Of a stretch of 64,000 nt of DNA, positions 24,977 to 38,291 are shown in pieces. Origin of the DNA: Camelus ferus (lineage: Eukaryota). A program made the position numbers and the translations under genes. Positions within the stretch are counted from its first letter, which is position 1. The number at the start of each line of letters is the position of its first letter. The notes beneath the pieces are model-generated. The model worked only from the letters and a program-made list of their open reading frames with translations. It had not been told where the DNA came from and ran no database searches. The stretch covers positions 52,640,001-52,704,000 of the forward strand of contig NC_045697.1 in NCBI RefSeq assembly GCF_009834535.1. Reading direction: 5' to 3'.

Positions 24977-26459
24977 CAAGGGAAACAAGCTAAATCTTTT
25001 CTTCTTGTTTAAAGGAAAAACCTTAGTGAATTTCAAAGCAATCCTAAACATGAGAACTAATTACAAAGAAATTCACTTTTTTAAAGTGTCAGGACGTAAT
25101 TATTATTTTTTTAAAACTTAAATAGTATCCACATTGCTCCTGGGAGCTCACAAAGAAATGCCGCCATCACCATCTCCGAAAGCTATCATCTCTTTCCTAC
25201 AAAGACAACAGTTGCAGTGCCAAGAGATTTGGAGACATTATGGGTGAAGAGATAAAAATAATAATAATAATTAACAGTTGCACAGGAAGCTCCATCTGGA
25301 GTGTCTGATAACACAGCAGGAGATGGATACAGATGGGAAAAGGTGGGTGGCACAGGGTAGAGCTTGTACCAATCTCAGGCGCTTGGGACCTCAGACACAC
25401 TCAGATGAGTGCAGGCTTGGTTCTTTCCACTCCCTGTGATTCAGACTGGAACTAGCCGGGCCAGAGCCAGCGTGTTTTACCAGTGTCCAGGAAATCTGGG
25501 CTCTGGATCATGGTATTACTCCATCTGGCGTCATGACAAGGTCAATAATACATTTACCAGTGTTTGATAATCCTAGATTAATATAGATTTTCATTCTCTA
25601 AAGTACGGATTCTTTCTTATCTTTAACCCGGATGATTTGCATATACTTCCACATAGTAATTCTAGGCACAATGCTGCCTATTCTGAGCTTTTTACCCTGA
25701 TTGGCAGCTAATTAGAACCTTGCCATGTTGGCAGGTGTCAAGCTGAAAAGACATCATAAATCCAGTTACAGCACAGACAATGGCTTTTTAATAATCTGTT
25801 TAAGTCATGCAGTTCCCAACTATCTCACGCTTTTAGAATGAGTAGTTACTTGATCCTGGAGGAGTGCTGAACTAGGAGGACCTCTGCTGTTAAAAAAGAA
25901 CCATCATCTTTACAGGGACAGCGAAAGTGCACTTCCGAAAAGGCAAAACTGAAAGAAGCCACCACAAGGATCCTCAAAAAGGAAGAAAGATTTCTTTTTC
26001 ATCAATTCGTTTCCTTTCTACAGAGATGCCAAACCAGTGTGAGGTGGACTGACACACCCCCACCCTCCCATCTGCCACTGTTAGTGAACATGATCTTATG
26101 ATGAAGAAGGCAGAAAACTAAGCTGCCAAGAAGATAAGATTATCTCTTTCTGAAAAGAGAATATATTAATTGTGTGGTGACTCTAAATAAAGCCATTCTC
26201 ACTGTTTAGTGTCTGAGACTTTAACATACACCACTTACTTGCTGTTCTTACGGACGACTATATTCTCAGCATGGGATAGACGCGTAAATGGGAGGACTTT
26301 CTCCCACTGCGTCTCTGTGAAGGAAAAGGCTGTCAGCATGACTGTCTTCATACACACCCTCCCCCACAGAGGGTTTTGTGAGTGCCAAAGCTGTCTCTCC
26401 TTAACTTGATTTGTTTCCAAAAAAGGTATTGGTTCCACAAATCTTCAGAGCAGATCTAT

Positions 26460-26770
26460 TATTTGCATAGCCTTGTGTTAGGTGCTGCAGGGATACAAAA
26501 ATCTAAGAGAGAGATTTTTTCCTTTGAGAAGCTGCCTAATAAGATATACATATATTAAAAAATAATACAATAAAAGAGGTATCTTAAGGTATGCTATCAC
26601 TTGGTGCTAAGAGCATATTAAAAATAGTAGGTACTATTCATGTAACAAAATGAGAAAACTCTGAAAACTGAAGAACCCAAGGAAGTCTTTGTGGAACAGG
26701 TCCTTGAAGACAGATAAAATCTGAGCTGGCCAGAAGAAAAGGGGATATTGCAAGTTGGAATTCGGGGTAG
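26460..26770 (-). mobile_element. Degraded L2
   Basis: gtgttaggtgctgcagggatacaaaa...ggaagtctttgtgga...ggtccttgaaga. Confidence 0.5.
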
Positions 26771-27101
26771 GACTTACTTGGATAATGACGCTAGGATAGG
26801 AATATAAAGACTTGTTTTAGGGACTGGGAATAATTCAGGCTGGCTAAAGAGAAGAGGTCCTTTGGGGCCAAACTTTGAGTTCCTTAATATCTGATTCAAT
26901 AATAATAATTCAATAATAATAGTTTGGATTGTGCATCTTATTAGCAAAGATTTTTTAGCACACCTCCAATTATATGTATACACATAATACATGTCCAACA
27001 AACTGATATATCATGCACTTTAGAGGACATATTTGAAGAATGAAATAAATAATATTAAAAGAAATTTTTTTGTATTTATGGTACAAAAAACCTCTTTGTC
27101 A

Positions 27102-27203
27102 AAGGATATGAAAAGAAATATACATATGTCTGAAACATTATGCTGTACACCAGAAATTGACACAACATTGAAAACTGACTATACTTCAATTTTAAAAATG
27201 GGT
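27102..27203 (+). mobile_element. Extremely 5'-truncated L1 (~100 bp)
   Basis: tatgctgtacaccagaaattgacacaacattg...actatacttcaat; TSD aaaaacctctttgtca/aaaatcctttttgtca. Confidence 0.9.
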
Positions 27204-28584
27204 AAAAAATCCTTTTTGTCATCAGTGGAAAAAATCAATATTTTTAATGAGAGCAATATGATTTAATATACTCTGTTAATCTTCAAGTAATATTTGGTGT
27301 CCCAGTGATCCAAAAGTCTGACTCCACACTCATTTTATTTCCATAGTTGACTTAGGCTGACATAGGAGGCAAAAGAGACGTGAGTGGGTTTTTCCCCCTT
27401 TTAAATAAGAAAGGAATCTCAGAAGAATTTACCATTCTGTTCAGCAACATTCTATGTTTTATCGTGTCAAACGTCTTTAAATACCATTAAAATATTTTTG
27501 TTTTCTGAAAATAGAGACAAATATACCAGGAAGCTTCAGTTCAAGACCCCTCACCTGCCTGAGCATCTCCCCTGAAATGTGTCCACATGGTCATATATTT
27601 CAGGAAAGGTTGCAGAGGTGAGAGAGGGAAGACATTCTGACCACAATTTAGAGCACCGTTTCTTTCTACTCTGACTTCCTCTGTTCCATTTCCTTTGTGT
27701 TTGATAGGGCATAAGTGGCTGCCAGCACTTTTTGGATCCAAATAAGGGGAAACAGAGTTGGGAGCACTTCTAGCTCAGGTTTAGTGGGATATATTTATAC
27801 GGTTCCTAGGCTCTTCCACGTGTACTGAGGTTACCACTAGCCATCCCCAGGAGAAGATGCCTTCCGGGAATGTTCCTGCCCACTGTACTGATTCATGCAC
27901 GGCTGTGGCATGAAGATGCAATGTGAGTGTGTTCTACGGTGTGTGAGGCCAGAAACTCATGAAAGGGGAAGAAAGAGAAACAAGGTTCAAAGTTACAGAA
28001 CCAGAAGCTAGTCTGCGGAAAACTCTTCCAGTCATCAGATATGTAAGATTATAAATAAAGGATATGGTTCTCTAGTGGAAATTCTGTCATCATATTTAAT
28101 TCTAAATAAATCGTGTATTTTTTTAGTATTATTTTTGATGGTATTCATGTGAAACCGATTTTTTCATAATTCCTGTGTTTTTAGGACACAAACCTATAAC
28201 AATACTACAATCAACGAGTATGTCTGTGTGTGAAGTCACATATTCTGTGTATCCCAGCTGTGAGAGCACATCTTACCTTGTCTTATGTATCTTGTCCTGA
28301 TGAATTCTTACAGGCCCCAATAAACTGGCATACAAAATTGCCACCAGCATAGCAAAACAAATAAAGAACAAGTCTTCCTATGGCAGATCTCCTACACGTT
28401 TATCAATAAGGAAAAATATATAGCATAAGAATAATTTGATTATACAGTTATGTAGCTCACTGCAACATAAAAGAAGTTTTTAAATGCATTTGAGTTTGCT
28501 CTGATTAATTAGTATTGTTAATTCAAAGAGCATTTAAAGTTAGTCTTGCATGATAAAATATGAACCTCCCTGAAATCTTATAGC

Positions 28585-29040
28585 TCAAATATAAACATGA
28601 TAAAGGTTTCCTCAAATTTGACTATAATCCAAAAAATCTAGATAACATTATTAATAGCAAATTATTATCAATAATAAAAAACAAATTTGACCAGCCATGC
28701 TAAAGGAAAGTATGAATTATCTTTCAATTTTATCTTTAGAAAATATTACAAAGTAATTGTCATACGAAGGAGTGCTCAAAGAAGAGGTAGCTAAAAAAGT
28801 ATACGAAAAAGGTGTTATAGAGGCATGTCAGCAGTTCACTTATAAGAAATACTATGTTGTTTTTCTGGATCTTGTGTTGTTTTTGGTATTTCCAGCTTTT
28901 TAAAATGAGTAATCTGCTGTGATTTCTTTTCTTATTCTAAATAAATGTTCATTTTCACACTCAATTTTGCATTTGCAACTTTGTGTTTTTTCTCTGAAAC
29001 AAACTCAGGTTCAAGCTCCACAAAATCTGAATATGCCCTT
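28585..29040 (+). mobile_element. Zaphod-like hAT-Tip100 3' part (decayed transposase dimerisation domain plus TIR)
   Basis: Decayed FPNLT..., LSIIKNKF..., NYLSILSLE-like coding; terminus gctccacaaaatctgaatatgccct. Confidence 0.75.
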
Positions 29041-29764
29041 TTTAAGCGCTCAGTTTACAAATATCTTGCTAATTTAATGGCTTCATACTATCACTAACTA
29101 AAATCTCAAGCACACTATACACTTCAAGGGAGATATATTATTAAAATGTAAGAATTCATATTTCAAATTGTCATTTCAGTAATTTTGAATCATTTCGACC
29201 AAATGTCAGACCTGATGAGTTGCATTATTTTTACTGTGTAATGTAACTTCCAAAATGTTTATACTAAAAATAGAAGTAACAGCTCGGCCTTTTTTGTTGT
29301 TCTCTTATACTTGTAGTTACTGTTCTCTTCAGTCTGTGGTTTCTTTCCAGAAATCTTTTTAAGCTGCTTGCCCATTCATGAAACCATATAATCAATAAAT
29401 CATAAGCAGAAGCACCTAAATAGGAAAATATCACAGTATGATGGAAGCTAACCCACAAAATGAGGGTTCCACTGCTCTCCACTAAGTACCCTGAAGCTTC
29501 AGCTATTACTTCAAGATGTTTCAGGTACACAAGGGACATGATTATCCATCATAAAGTCTGAAAGACAGTTCCTGTATCAATCTGTATTTGACACGCTAGT
29601 AAAGTTTAATTTCTTTTCTTTTTTACTTACAAAATGTATATAATTGGTTATCTAGTGGGAAAGATAGGAATAACAAGTTCTGCTACATTCTTGTATTCCA
29701 GTGGATTGCCTTTCACAGCTGAGTACACCCACCTCACTTTGGAGATTACTGGGCTAGTTAATGG

Positions 29765-30030
29765 ATATAAACTTATCTTGGGAAAAAAAGAAACCACTGA
29801 AGATTTTTGAGCAAAGGAGAGACATTAAAGCAGTATTCTTGGAAAATGGTTTTAGCAATGCTGTTCAAGATGGATTGAACAATAGAGTTTGGAGGTAGAA
29901 AGATGAGCTAGGAGGCAGAGCAATAAACCAAAAATGAGGTGATATGAATGAAATTAGTAGTGTGGAAATGGGAATAAGAAAGAAGAAACAAAAGCAACTG
30001 ACCTGTTAAAAGAATGAACAGAATTTACAA
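29765..30030 (-). mobile_element. L2 fragment
   Basis: ccactgaagatttttgagca...ggattgaa...ctaggaggc...gaggtgat. Confidence 0.65.
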
Positions 30031-30559
30031 TGCACTCATTTACCAGACAGGTTTTGAAGGTGTGGGTGGGTTTAGGACATCTGATTAACTGGTACGTGTC
30101 CTGTGATTACATCATATGTCAAATTACCAGACTGTTTGTATGTCCTCTGGGAAAGCAGAGTGTTAAAGTGCTACAACCACACAAATAAACATACCAGAGA
30201 AATTAAAGTAGTGCGCATAAACATATGGGATTCAGCTGCCTAATTAAAATCCTAGAGAGCCAACAATGGTCTAAAACTGTAAGAGTTCAGTGACTGCCAG
30301 AAGAAGGCAGCAAATTAGACACTCAAAGTGGAAACATTTCAGATTTGTCCCAATTGATACTTCCAATCAAGAATCAGCAAATTTTTAAACATCAGTTAAA
30401 ACCAGCCCAGTCAAAAATATCCAAAGGGTATATCGATTTTAGATGCTTAGAGTGATTTGATGCAGAAGATCCTCAGTGAACTAGACCATTTTCCCTATTG
30501 ATAGATCAGAGCATTGAATAAAACAGGACAGAATGAGGAAGAATACCATTTTCGCATTA

Positions 30560-32860
30560 TTTCAAAATGTCTATATAAATTAAATCATTTTTTACATTTA
30601 GTTATTTTACTTTTGTTAACTTATTTTCAAATTAGTACCTACTCAGGGTTAAATATTCAACGAAAGTTTCTAATAAAAGCTTTGTCCTGCCCTACAACCA
30701 CACAGCCTCCCAATCATTCTCCTATAATCTTATTTAAATAATTCAGTGATTATATAAAAATCTTTAGAAAAGCTGTTATTTTAAACTTAATATCTATAAA
30801 TCACTGTATTTTGCTTTATGCTATGAGAAATGAAGATTTATCTATTTATACCACTGCCAGCCAATTTCCCCAGTTCAGCCAACAGTGCTACATCTCATAG
30901 TATGTTGGAACCTATTTGATTCAGACTGCAAGATCCTATTGTTTTAGAAATTTTGCAGGCCAATTGTTTAACACAACCATTACTAAAAATTAAATTACAC
31001 ACACTTAGAGTTAAATAAATTATATTAAAACCATAGGCAACAAACACTCAAAGGTTACAATTCCAAATTATGTTACTACATTTTACCATTATCTATGCTA
31101 TTGAGGTTACTCACATTTATTGTATCTATATGGCAGAAATACTATATAGTGGAATGCTACTACACATACCTTCCCAACTTTGTGTTTAATGAGACCACAG
31201 TGGTTGCTTAACAATGACCATGGTGGGAGTATTTCACTATATAAATCAGCAAATGCCAGAACTCCAGGTTTGATTTATTGGTTTGTTGATTGTCTAGACT
31301 TGTCTAGAGTCAGGAAAATAATAGAGAAATTTTTAATAATTTAGATAAAATGTAAAAGTGTGTTATGTCTATACCCATTACATTGTGAATAGACCAAAAA
31401 TGAGGAAATATTTTTCCATTATTCAAAAAATATTATTCATTTCAGCAAAGAGGTTGCTCATGTCATTGGTAAATGAGTGAAGTTCCGACATATGTCTTCA
31501 TCGTTTCACTTTTTTCTTACTTGTTAAGGTAAAAGAAAATTCAACTAACATTCATATTAGAAGTATGTTCCTTTGTAAGTTGCAACCGTAGGTTTGCGAT
31601 GGTTCAAGAATTCAGCAAAAATCAACAAAAGCATTATGTGAGAATCAATTGCTTGATGGAATTTACAATAAAGGATTTTGTATATTTTATTATTATTTGT
31701 ATATTATGGGCTATGTATCCTTTACATAAGGAAATTTGACAATAAATGTATAGATATATGTGCATTTTTTAGAGTTTTTTTAAACATTTACTAACACACT
31801 ACTGGTTATATAACTATTTTCATTAAGTTAATAAATAATATTTGCATAATATGATCATATGAATATTGTTCACTGAAGAGCTAGATATGTTTTCTTTCTT
31901 GGAAAAATGTTTTTCTGAAGTTTCTAATTGCCTTTCTTTTCTTCTTGTCAAATTCTTATTATAATAATTCTCCATCTTTATTTCTAAAAGCTCTACCTTA
32001 TCAGTAATACTATGGGGTCTTTTACAGGTGTGGGGAGAAATAACTCCCTCCTAGAGCCTTCTGGCATCTCACTGCAATTTGATTACTTTCTTAAGGCATA
32101 AGAGTTATCCTGGGACATTACTGACTCTTCCATAGTTTTTACATCTTAAATATTCTTTTTTCTTAAGTTTGTACTCTTGTTTTACTATAATATACGTGCA
32201 AAAAATTTCTTAAGAAAGAGTATCTGATAGTGAAATTTCCTGAGCCCTTTAATAGTCTTTGTTCTGCAGTTTTATTGATAGTTTGGTTAGGTATATGTTA
32301 GGTAGGTTTGAAATAATTTTCTCTCAAATTTTAGGGTTATTCCTCTATTATATTTTAGCAATCAGTGTTGCTTTGAGAAATTCAATTTTATACTGAGTAC
32401 TTCCTCTTTGAAAGCAACTTAAATTTTCTCTTTGCAAGCATTTGGATTTCTCTGTTTTTCACTAGCATATTGCAATGTAATATATGGGTCTTTTGCATTC
32501 ATTTTATAAAGCACTCAGTGTGCCTTTATGATCTAGAAATCTATACTTTAGCTCTTATATTACATATTTGATAAATTCCTTCTCTCCAGTTCCTCTGTCT
32601 CTTCCTAGAACACCAATTGATTGCTCCTTTAAGTCTCTTCTTCCCTGTTTTCCATATTTTGACTTATTGTTGTACCATCAGAGATATTCTTCTGTTGATT
32701 ATTTTTAGCCACTATGTTTTTGCTTTTCAAAAGACCTTTCTTGTCCTCTTTTATTTTTTTTTAATTTTATTCTGTTCTTGTTTTATGAAAGTAAATCTTT
32801 CTTATCTCTATAAGGTATTAGCTTTGTTTTGTCTTTTGAAGTTCTCTGCATTACTCAAAC
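30560..32860 (-). mobile_element. HAL1/old L1ME fragment, interrupted by MER63
   Basis: T-rich decayed sequence ttgatagtttggttaggtata...aataattttctctcaaattt...cagtgttgctttgagaaattc. Confidence 0.6.
30896..31804 (+). mobile_element. MER63 (MER63D-like) hAT-Blackjack, near full length
   Basis: ccatggtgggagtattt, gagtgaagttccgacata, tgtgagaatcaattg; ends aaacatttactaacacactactg. Confidence 0.85.
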
Positions 32861-34017
32861 ATGTTGACAAACCACATACACTGGGCAGTATATTTTGCTT
32901 TCCTGAATAGGTATGAGTTAATCTGCACAGCAAATAAAGGCCTGTTTTGGTCTATTAAAAGAATATGGGTTAAATAGTTTTCAAATTAAAGTTGTTATCC
33001 ACAATGAGAAATTAATACTTTGTTCATATCTTTAAAAATATTTCGGAGAAAAATTTAATTCCCAGAAACAAACAACCTGCTAAATAATAATTAATAGGAG
33101 TTTGCTCACCTCACATAATAGAACTCTATTTTTGGTAAATATGCAGTTCACTGAATTTTCATTTGCTTGAAAAAACACTTGTATTTATAAAACAACTTGT
33201 GGTAACAACAACAAAAAAATACAATTGTTAAGAGAAAGCATGCTATACACTAAAACTCCTCACTTTGAAAAACTGTAATGGAAGATTAGAATCAGACTAA
33301 TTGTTTATACTGAAGAAATATGAGGTCAAATTCTGCATCAACAAATTTTAAGCCATCAGATTGATTCTCAGTATGTCTCACTATTCTTATCTCTTCCTTT
33401 ATCCTAGAGACAAGATCAGCCTTCTTATATCTTGGATTCAGTATACTAATAAAGTATGCTTATTAATTACCTTGTTTTTAGAAAGATACTCTTCATAAAA
33501 ATAAAAGGTAAAACTTTCAAATGACCTCTAAAAGCTAATAGGGCATGCACTTTAAACTATACATTGAAATGTTTTAACAAGTTAAATTTTTCAGGAGTGG
33601 TACCATGTTTCTTTTTTTTTTTAATGAGTGTACAGAGATCCCTTTTATTTTGATTTTTAAGTAATTTTTTTAGCAAACTTCAGGTGCACAGAATGATGGA
33701 CTGATCATAATCCAGATCCTTACATGACCTCTTTCCTTAAAAAAAATTTCCATAGTTATTTTAATCACGTGATACATACCAGGTAATTAATTGATCAAAA
33801 GCTAGGACTCTAACAATGGCCAACATCTAGTACCATATTTCTTTAGATGTCAATCCAATAATTTCTCTTTGTACAAAATATGCCTCCCATCCAATACTAA
33901 CACTGTGAATCTCACTCCATAAATTGAGACATTGTTACTATATTATATATTATAGTCATCTTTAGAAACTAGTGGTTCTCTATTAACGTACTGGTTCACT
34001 GAAATTAAAGATAGAAA

Positions 34018-35810
34018 GAAACCACTGATGAAGAAAATTAAAGAAGACTTAAAAAAATGGAAAGATATCCCATGCTCCTGGACTGGAAGAATCAATATTG
34101 TTAAAATGGTCACACTGCCCAAGGCAATCTACAGATTTAATGCAATCCCTATCAAATTACCCAGGACATATTTCACAGAACTAGAACAAATCATAATAAA
34201 ATTTATATGGAACCACAAAAGACCTAGAATTGCCAAAGCATTACTGAAGAAAAAGAAAGAGGCTAGAGGAATAACTCTCCCAGACTTCAGACAATACTAT
34301 AGAGCTACAGTAATCAAGACAGCATGGTATTGGTACAAAAACAGACATATGGACCAATGGAACAGAATAGAAAGCCCAGAAATGAACCCACAAACTTTTG
34401 GTCAACTAATTTTCAACAAAGGAGGCAATAATATACAATGGAATAAAGACAGTCTCTTCAGCAAATGGTGTTGGGAAAACTGGACAGCAGCATGTAAAAC
34501 AATGAAGCTAGAACACTCCCTTACACCATACACAAAAATAAACTCAAAATGGATCAAAGACTTAAACATAAGACAAGATACAATAAACCTACTAGAAGAA
34601 AATATAGGTAAAACATTATCTCACATACATCTCAAAAATGTTCTTCTAGGGCAGTCTACCCAAATAATACAAATAAAAGCAAGAATAAACAAATGGGACC
34701 TAACTAAACTTACAAGCTCCTGCACAGCAAAGGAAACCATAAGTAAAACAAAACGACAACTTACAGAATGGGAGAAAATTTTTGCAAATGATGAAACCGA
34801 CAAAGGCTTGATCTCCAGAATATATAAGCAGCTCATATGACTTAATAAGAAAAAAAAAAAAAAAACCCAATCCAAAAATGTGCAGAAGACCTAAACAAGT
34901 GATTTGCCAAGGAAGAAATACAAATGATCAATAGGCACAAGAAAAAATGCTCAATATCACTAACTATCAGAGAAATGCAAATCAAAACTACAATGAGGTA
35001 TCACCTCACACCACTTAGAAGGGCCATCATTCAAAAGTCCACAAATGACAAATGCTGGAGAGGCTGTGGAGAAAAGGGAACCCTCCTACACTGCTGGTGG
35101 GTATGCAGTTTGGTGCAGCCACTGTGGAAAACAGTATGGAGATTCCTCAAAAGACTAGGAGTAGATTTACCATATGACCCAGTCATCCCACTCCTGGACA
35201 TATATCCAGAAGGAACCCTACTTCAAAATGACACCTGCACCCCAGTGTTCATAGCAGCACCATTTACAATAGCCAACAGATGGAAACAGCCTAAATGTCC
35301 ATCAACAGATGACTGGATAAAGAATGTGTTATATTTATACAATGGAATACTATGCGGCCATAAAAAAACGACAACATAACCCTACTTGCAGCAACATGGA
35401 TGTTCCTGGAGGATGTCATTCTAAGTGAAGTAAGCCAGCAAGAGAAAGAAAAATACCATATGAGATCTCTTATATGTGGAATCTAAAAAAAAAAAAAACA
35501 TAAATACAAAACAGAAATAGACTCATAGACATAGAATACAAACTTGTGGTTGCCAAAGGGGTGGGGAGTGGGAAGGGACAGAGATTTCAAAATTTGTGGA
35601 TACTGACAGGCATATGCAGAATAGATAAACAAGATTACACTGTATAGCACAGGGAAGTGTGTACAAGATTTTGTGGTAGCTCACAGAAAAAAAAAATTGT
35701 GACGATGAATATATGTTATGTTCATGTATAACTGAAAAACTGTGCTCTATACTGGAATTTGACACAACATTGTAAAATGACTATAACTCAGTAAAAACAA
35801 TGTTAAAAAA
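34018..35810 (+). mobile_element. Young camelid L1, 5'-truncated (1.8 kb)
   Basis: ORF2 C-terminal region, 3' UTR and A-tail; perfect TSD taaagatagaaa at 34006-34017 and 35811-35822. Confidence 0.97.
34028..35486 (+). pseudogene. L1 ORF2p C-terminal remnant (post-RT region and Cys-rich domain), disrupted
   Basis: [58 protein letters not shown]; stop at 34838-34840 and later frameshifts. Confidence 0.95.
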
Positions 35811-35857
35811 TAAAGATAGAAAAGGAACAGAGTCCAATTGAAAGTGTAAAGGGAAAC

Positions 35858-36085
35858 TGGGCAGAATCTAATTCAATTATCAGGGCTGGAATTATTCCAC
35901 GACTCCACCTGCCATAAGGAAAGTATCCTGGGATCTTTAATGACCACAAGTGGTCAGGATTCCAGTTTTACAGCTCATCCAATTAATTGCCAAGCACATC
36001 TTCTGCTATACCATAAGTGACAGGGCTGGGGATTCCACTCTGCTAATTAAGAACATAGGGCCTTGTGTCAGTTTCCCAGAGGACT
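35858..36085 (-). mobile_element. AmnSINE1-like ancient SINE (Deu core)
   Basis: Minus strand ggatgagctgtaaaactggaatcctgaccacttgtggtcattaaagatcccagg...aattccagcc...attctgcc matches the recalled Deu-domain consensus. Confidence 0.8.
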
Positions 36086-36586
36086 TTTTAGGGTATGTGG
36101 GTGTGTGTACATGGCCACATAAACATACACTTAATAAGAGATACTTCTATCATGGATAGTGAACAAGAGAGACTTCACCCATTTCTTGTCTACCCAATTA
36201 GGTTGAATACTCTCTATAGACAAGTCAGACTAGGATTGAAAAATGCTGGACTCCTGGGAAGTTCCCAGGGGCCACCCCTACTCCATCTCTTCATTATGAT
36301 CAAGTGAAAAATGTAAAAATTGCGTAGTCCTACATGCCATTGGGAGGAATTCACCGTCACTCTTCATAGCAGGTCTTATTTCACGACCTTAATATACTCT
36401 TAAAAGTGAAACTGGAGGGTAAAAACCCTCATGTTCTCATATTCTTCCATTAAAATGGAACTCTAACTTCCACAATTTCCTTGTCTTTGAAGGAAGCATA
36501 ATTATACCTGCTGTCTCAAAATGGTGAAGTCCAAGGTTATTTTTCTCAAAGTGAAAAATAGGAAAGCCTCTTCAAATACCCTAACT

Positions 36587-36767
36587 CAGTGGTTCTAGAC
36601 ATCACTCTATTGACCAATTGCATCAGAATCACTTTCTAAATTTATTAAAAATAGAGATTCCCAGGTTCCACTCCAGAGCTACTGAATCAGAATGACCAAG
36701 GATGGAAGTCAGGCATTTCAGTTTTCAACAAGCTGGTGAGATCCTTCTGCCTGTTTGAAAACCACTG
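36587..36767 (+). mobile_element. MER5A/B hAT-Charlie MITE
   Basis: cagtggttct...gcatcagaatcac...gattcccagg...tactgaatcagaat...tttgaaaaccactg. Confidence 0.85.
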
Positions 36768-37536
36768 GACTCTGACTTACTTTGGAAGCAAAATAACAAA
36801 GGACCACTCTGTGATTTTGAAAAGAAAACCTCCATCCATCACACAAGGTACACACAATATCTTTCTCCCTTTTCTGTGGTTAACTCTCTTTCTTCTGTGC
36901 CCTATGCACTGCTTCTATTTTAGATCCCATCGTCTCCGTTATCCAGTTTAATTTTTTTCTTCCCAGGAAGAACTGTGTAAAATTACTTTGGGATCTTATT
37001 AAAATTGGTGCTAATTAACCTGACCATATTTATTTTCACACTCAGATAATATGAGTAATCCATGAGAGACACTGAACTTTAGACATGAGGAAAGTTAAAA
37101 TGCCTATGACGCAAAAAGAGGCATTAGAAAAAGATTATTGGACAATTTAAAACTAACTGAATGCTACTTTTTCCTGTTACTGTAGCTGATGTTCCAACAT
37201 AATCATCTGTTTTTAATTAGTGAGAAAGGAGATATTTGAATACATTGTAATAAACTGGTACCATGGTAGCCAGAGTGGATGGCCAAGACTTTCCAATGCA
37301 ATTGAGATTTTATTCATCTGTAAAATGACATGGTTTGCAGTGCAGGATCTCTTAACTCCCTTCTCAGTCTAAACTGCCAGCAGCCCATGAATATTCATAA
37401 ACCTTGAACAAAATCCTCAGAAATTTAGCAAGAACATGAACATGTAAAATTAGTGAAGTTACTTGCTACTCTTAATGCAGGAATAAAGAGTTAGGTGGCT
37501 TTAATAAAGAAATCCAGGAAATATTTCTAGGCCAAA

Positions 37537-37644
37537 AAAGGTGGCCAATTGTCCAGGTTTGCTTGGTACTGAGAGATTAACCAGGACACTGGACTTCAGT
37601 GCTAAACCTAGGCAGTCATAGCCAAACCATAATTGGTCATCCTA
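37537..37644 (+). mobile_element. MER81-like hAT-Blackjack MITE
   Basis: ggtggccaattgtcc...ttggtcatccta; perfect 8-bp TSD aggccaaa at 37529-37536 and 37645-37652. Confidence 0.85.
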
Positions 37645-38291
37645 AGGCCAAAGGTTAAGCTCATGAGATATAAATGGAAATGTTTACCTTGTAAATGTAA
37701 CTAAGCTTTTGACACACTGAGAGGTGAAGCTGGAACACCCCAAATTTTGGACAGGTGGCTGGGATATAAGTTACTTATATAAGTTATAAGTTACAAATCC
37801 TTCTGAGGTATCCCAACCATGATTAGAATAAAAACATTACCTGAGCATAAAAAGATCTAAGGTATGATCTGAATAAAAGCAACAGAGCACTTGAGAAGGA
37901 ATGTAGATAGCATCTTTATCAGAGATGGATTCTGGGGATCTTATTATACATAGCACTGATTTATACAGACCTCTTCAAATTGAAGAGTCCTTTATGAAAT
38001 GGATTATTTTAAAAAGGATCAAATGCCTCCCAAATAGTTACAAAAACCTACAAAGAAAACAGCATTTGATTTCTCTCAGGGGTAAACATAGACATCCTTA
38101 GCAACTGTACCTATCTACCTGGCTCCTCAGCCTATTTTTCTGATCCTCAGATATGCCTGCCCCATGGATTTAGGCAAAAACAAAGATCCATCCAGAGAAC
38201 CTGAAAGGATAAATTCATATAATTAAGGAATTATTTCATTTTGCCTTAGAGTTAATATGAAATACACCATGAGGTTAAAAATGTATATTTG

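Noticed and set aside
27862..27870. Perfect GAS motif TTCCGGGAA
   Set aside because: A single 9-mer in 64 kb is not significant alone.
34028..35379. Longest ORFs (270 aa, 151 aa) as a host gene
   Set aside because: They are L1 ORF2p fragments in a 5'-truncated, TSD-flanked copy with a stop and frameshifts.
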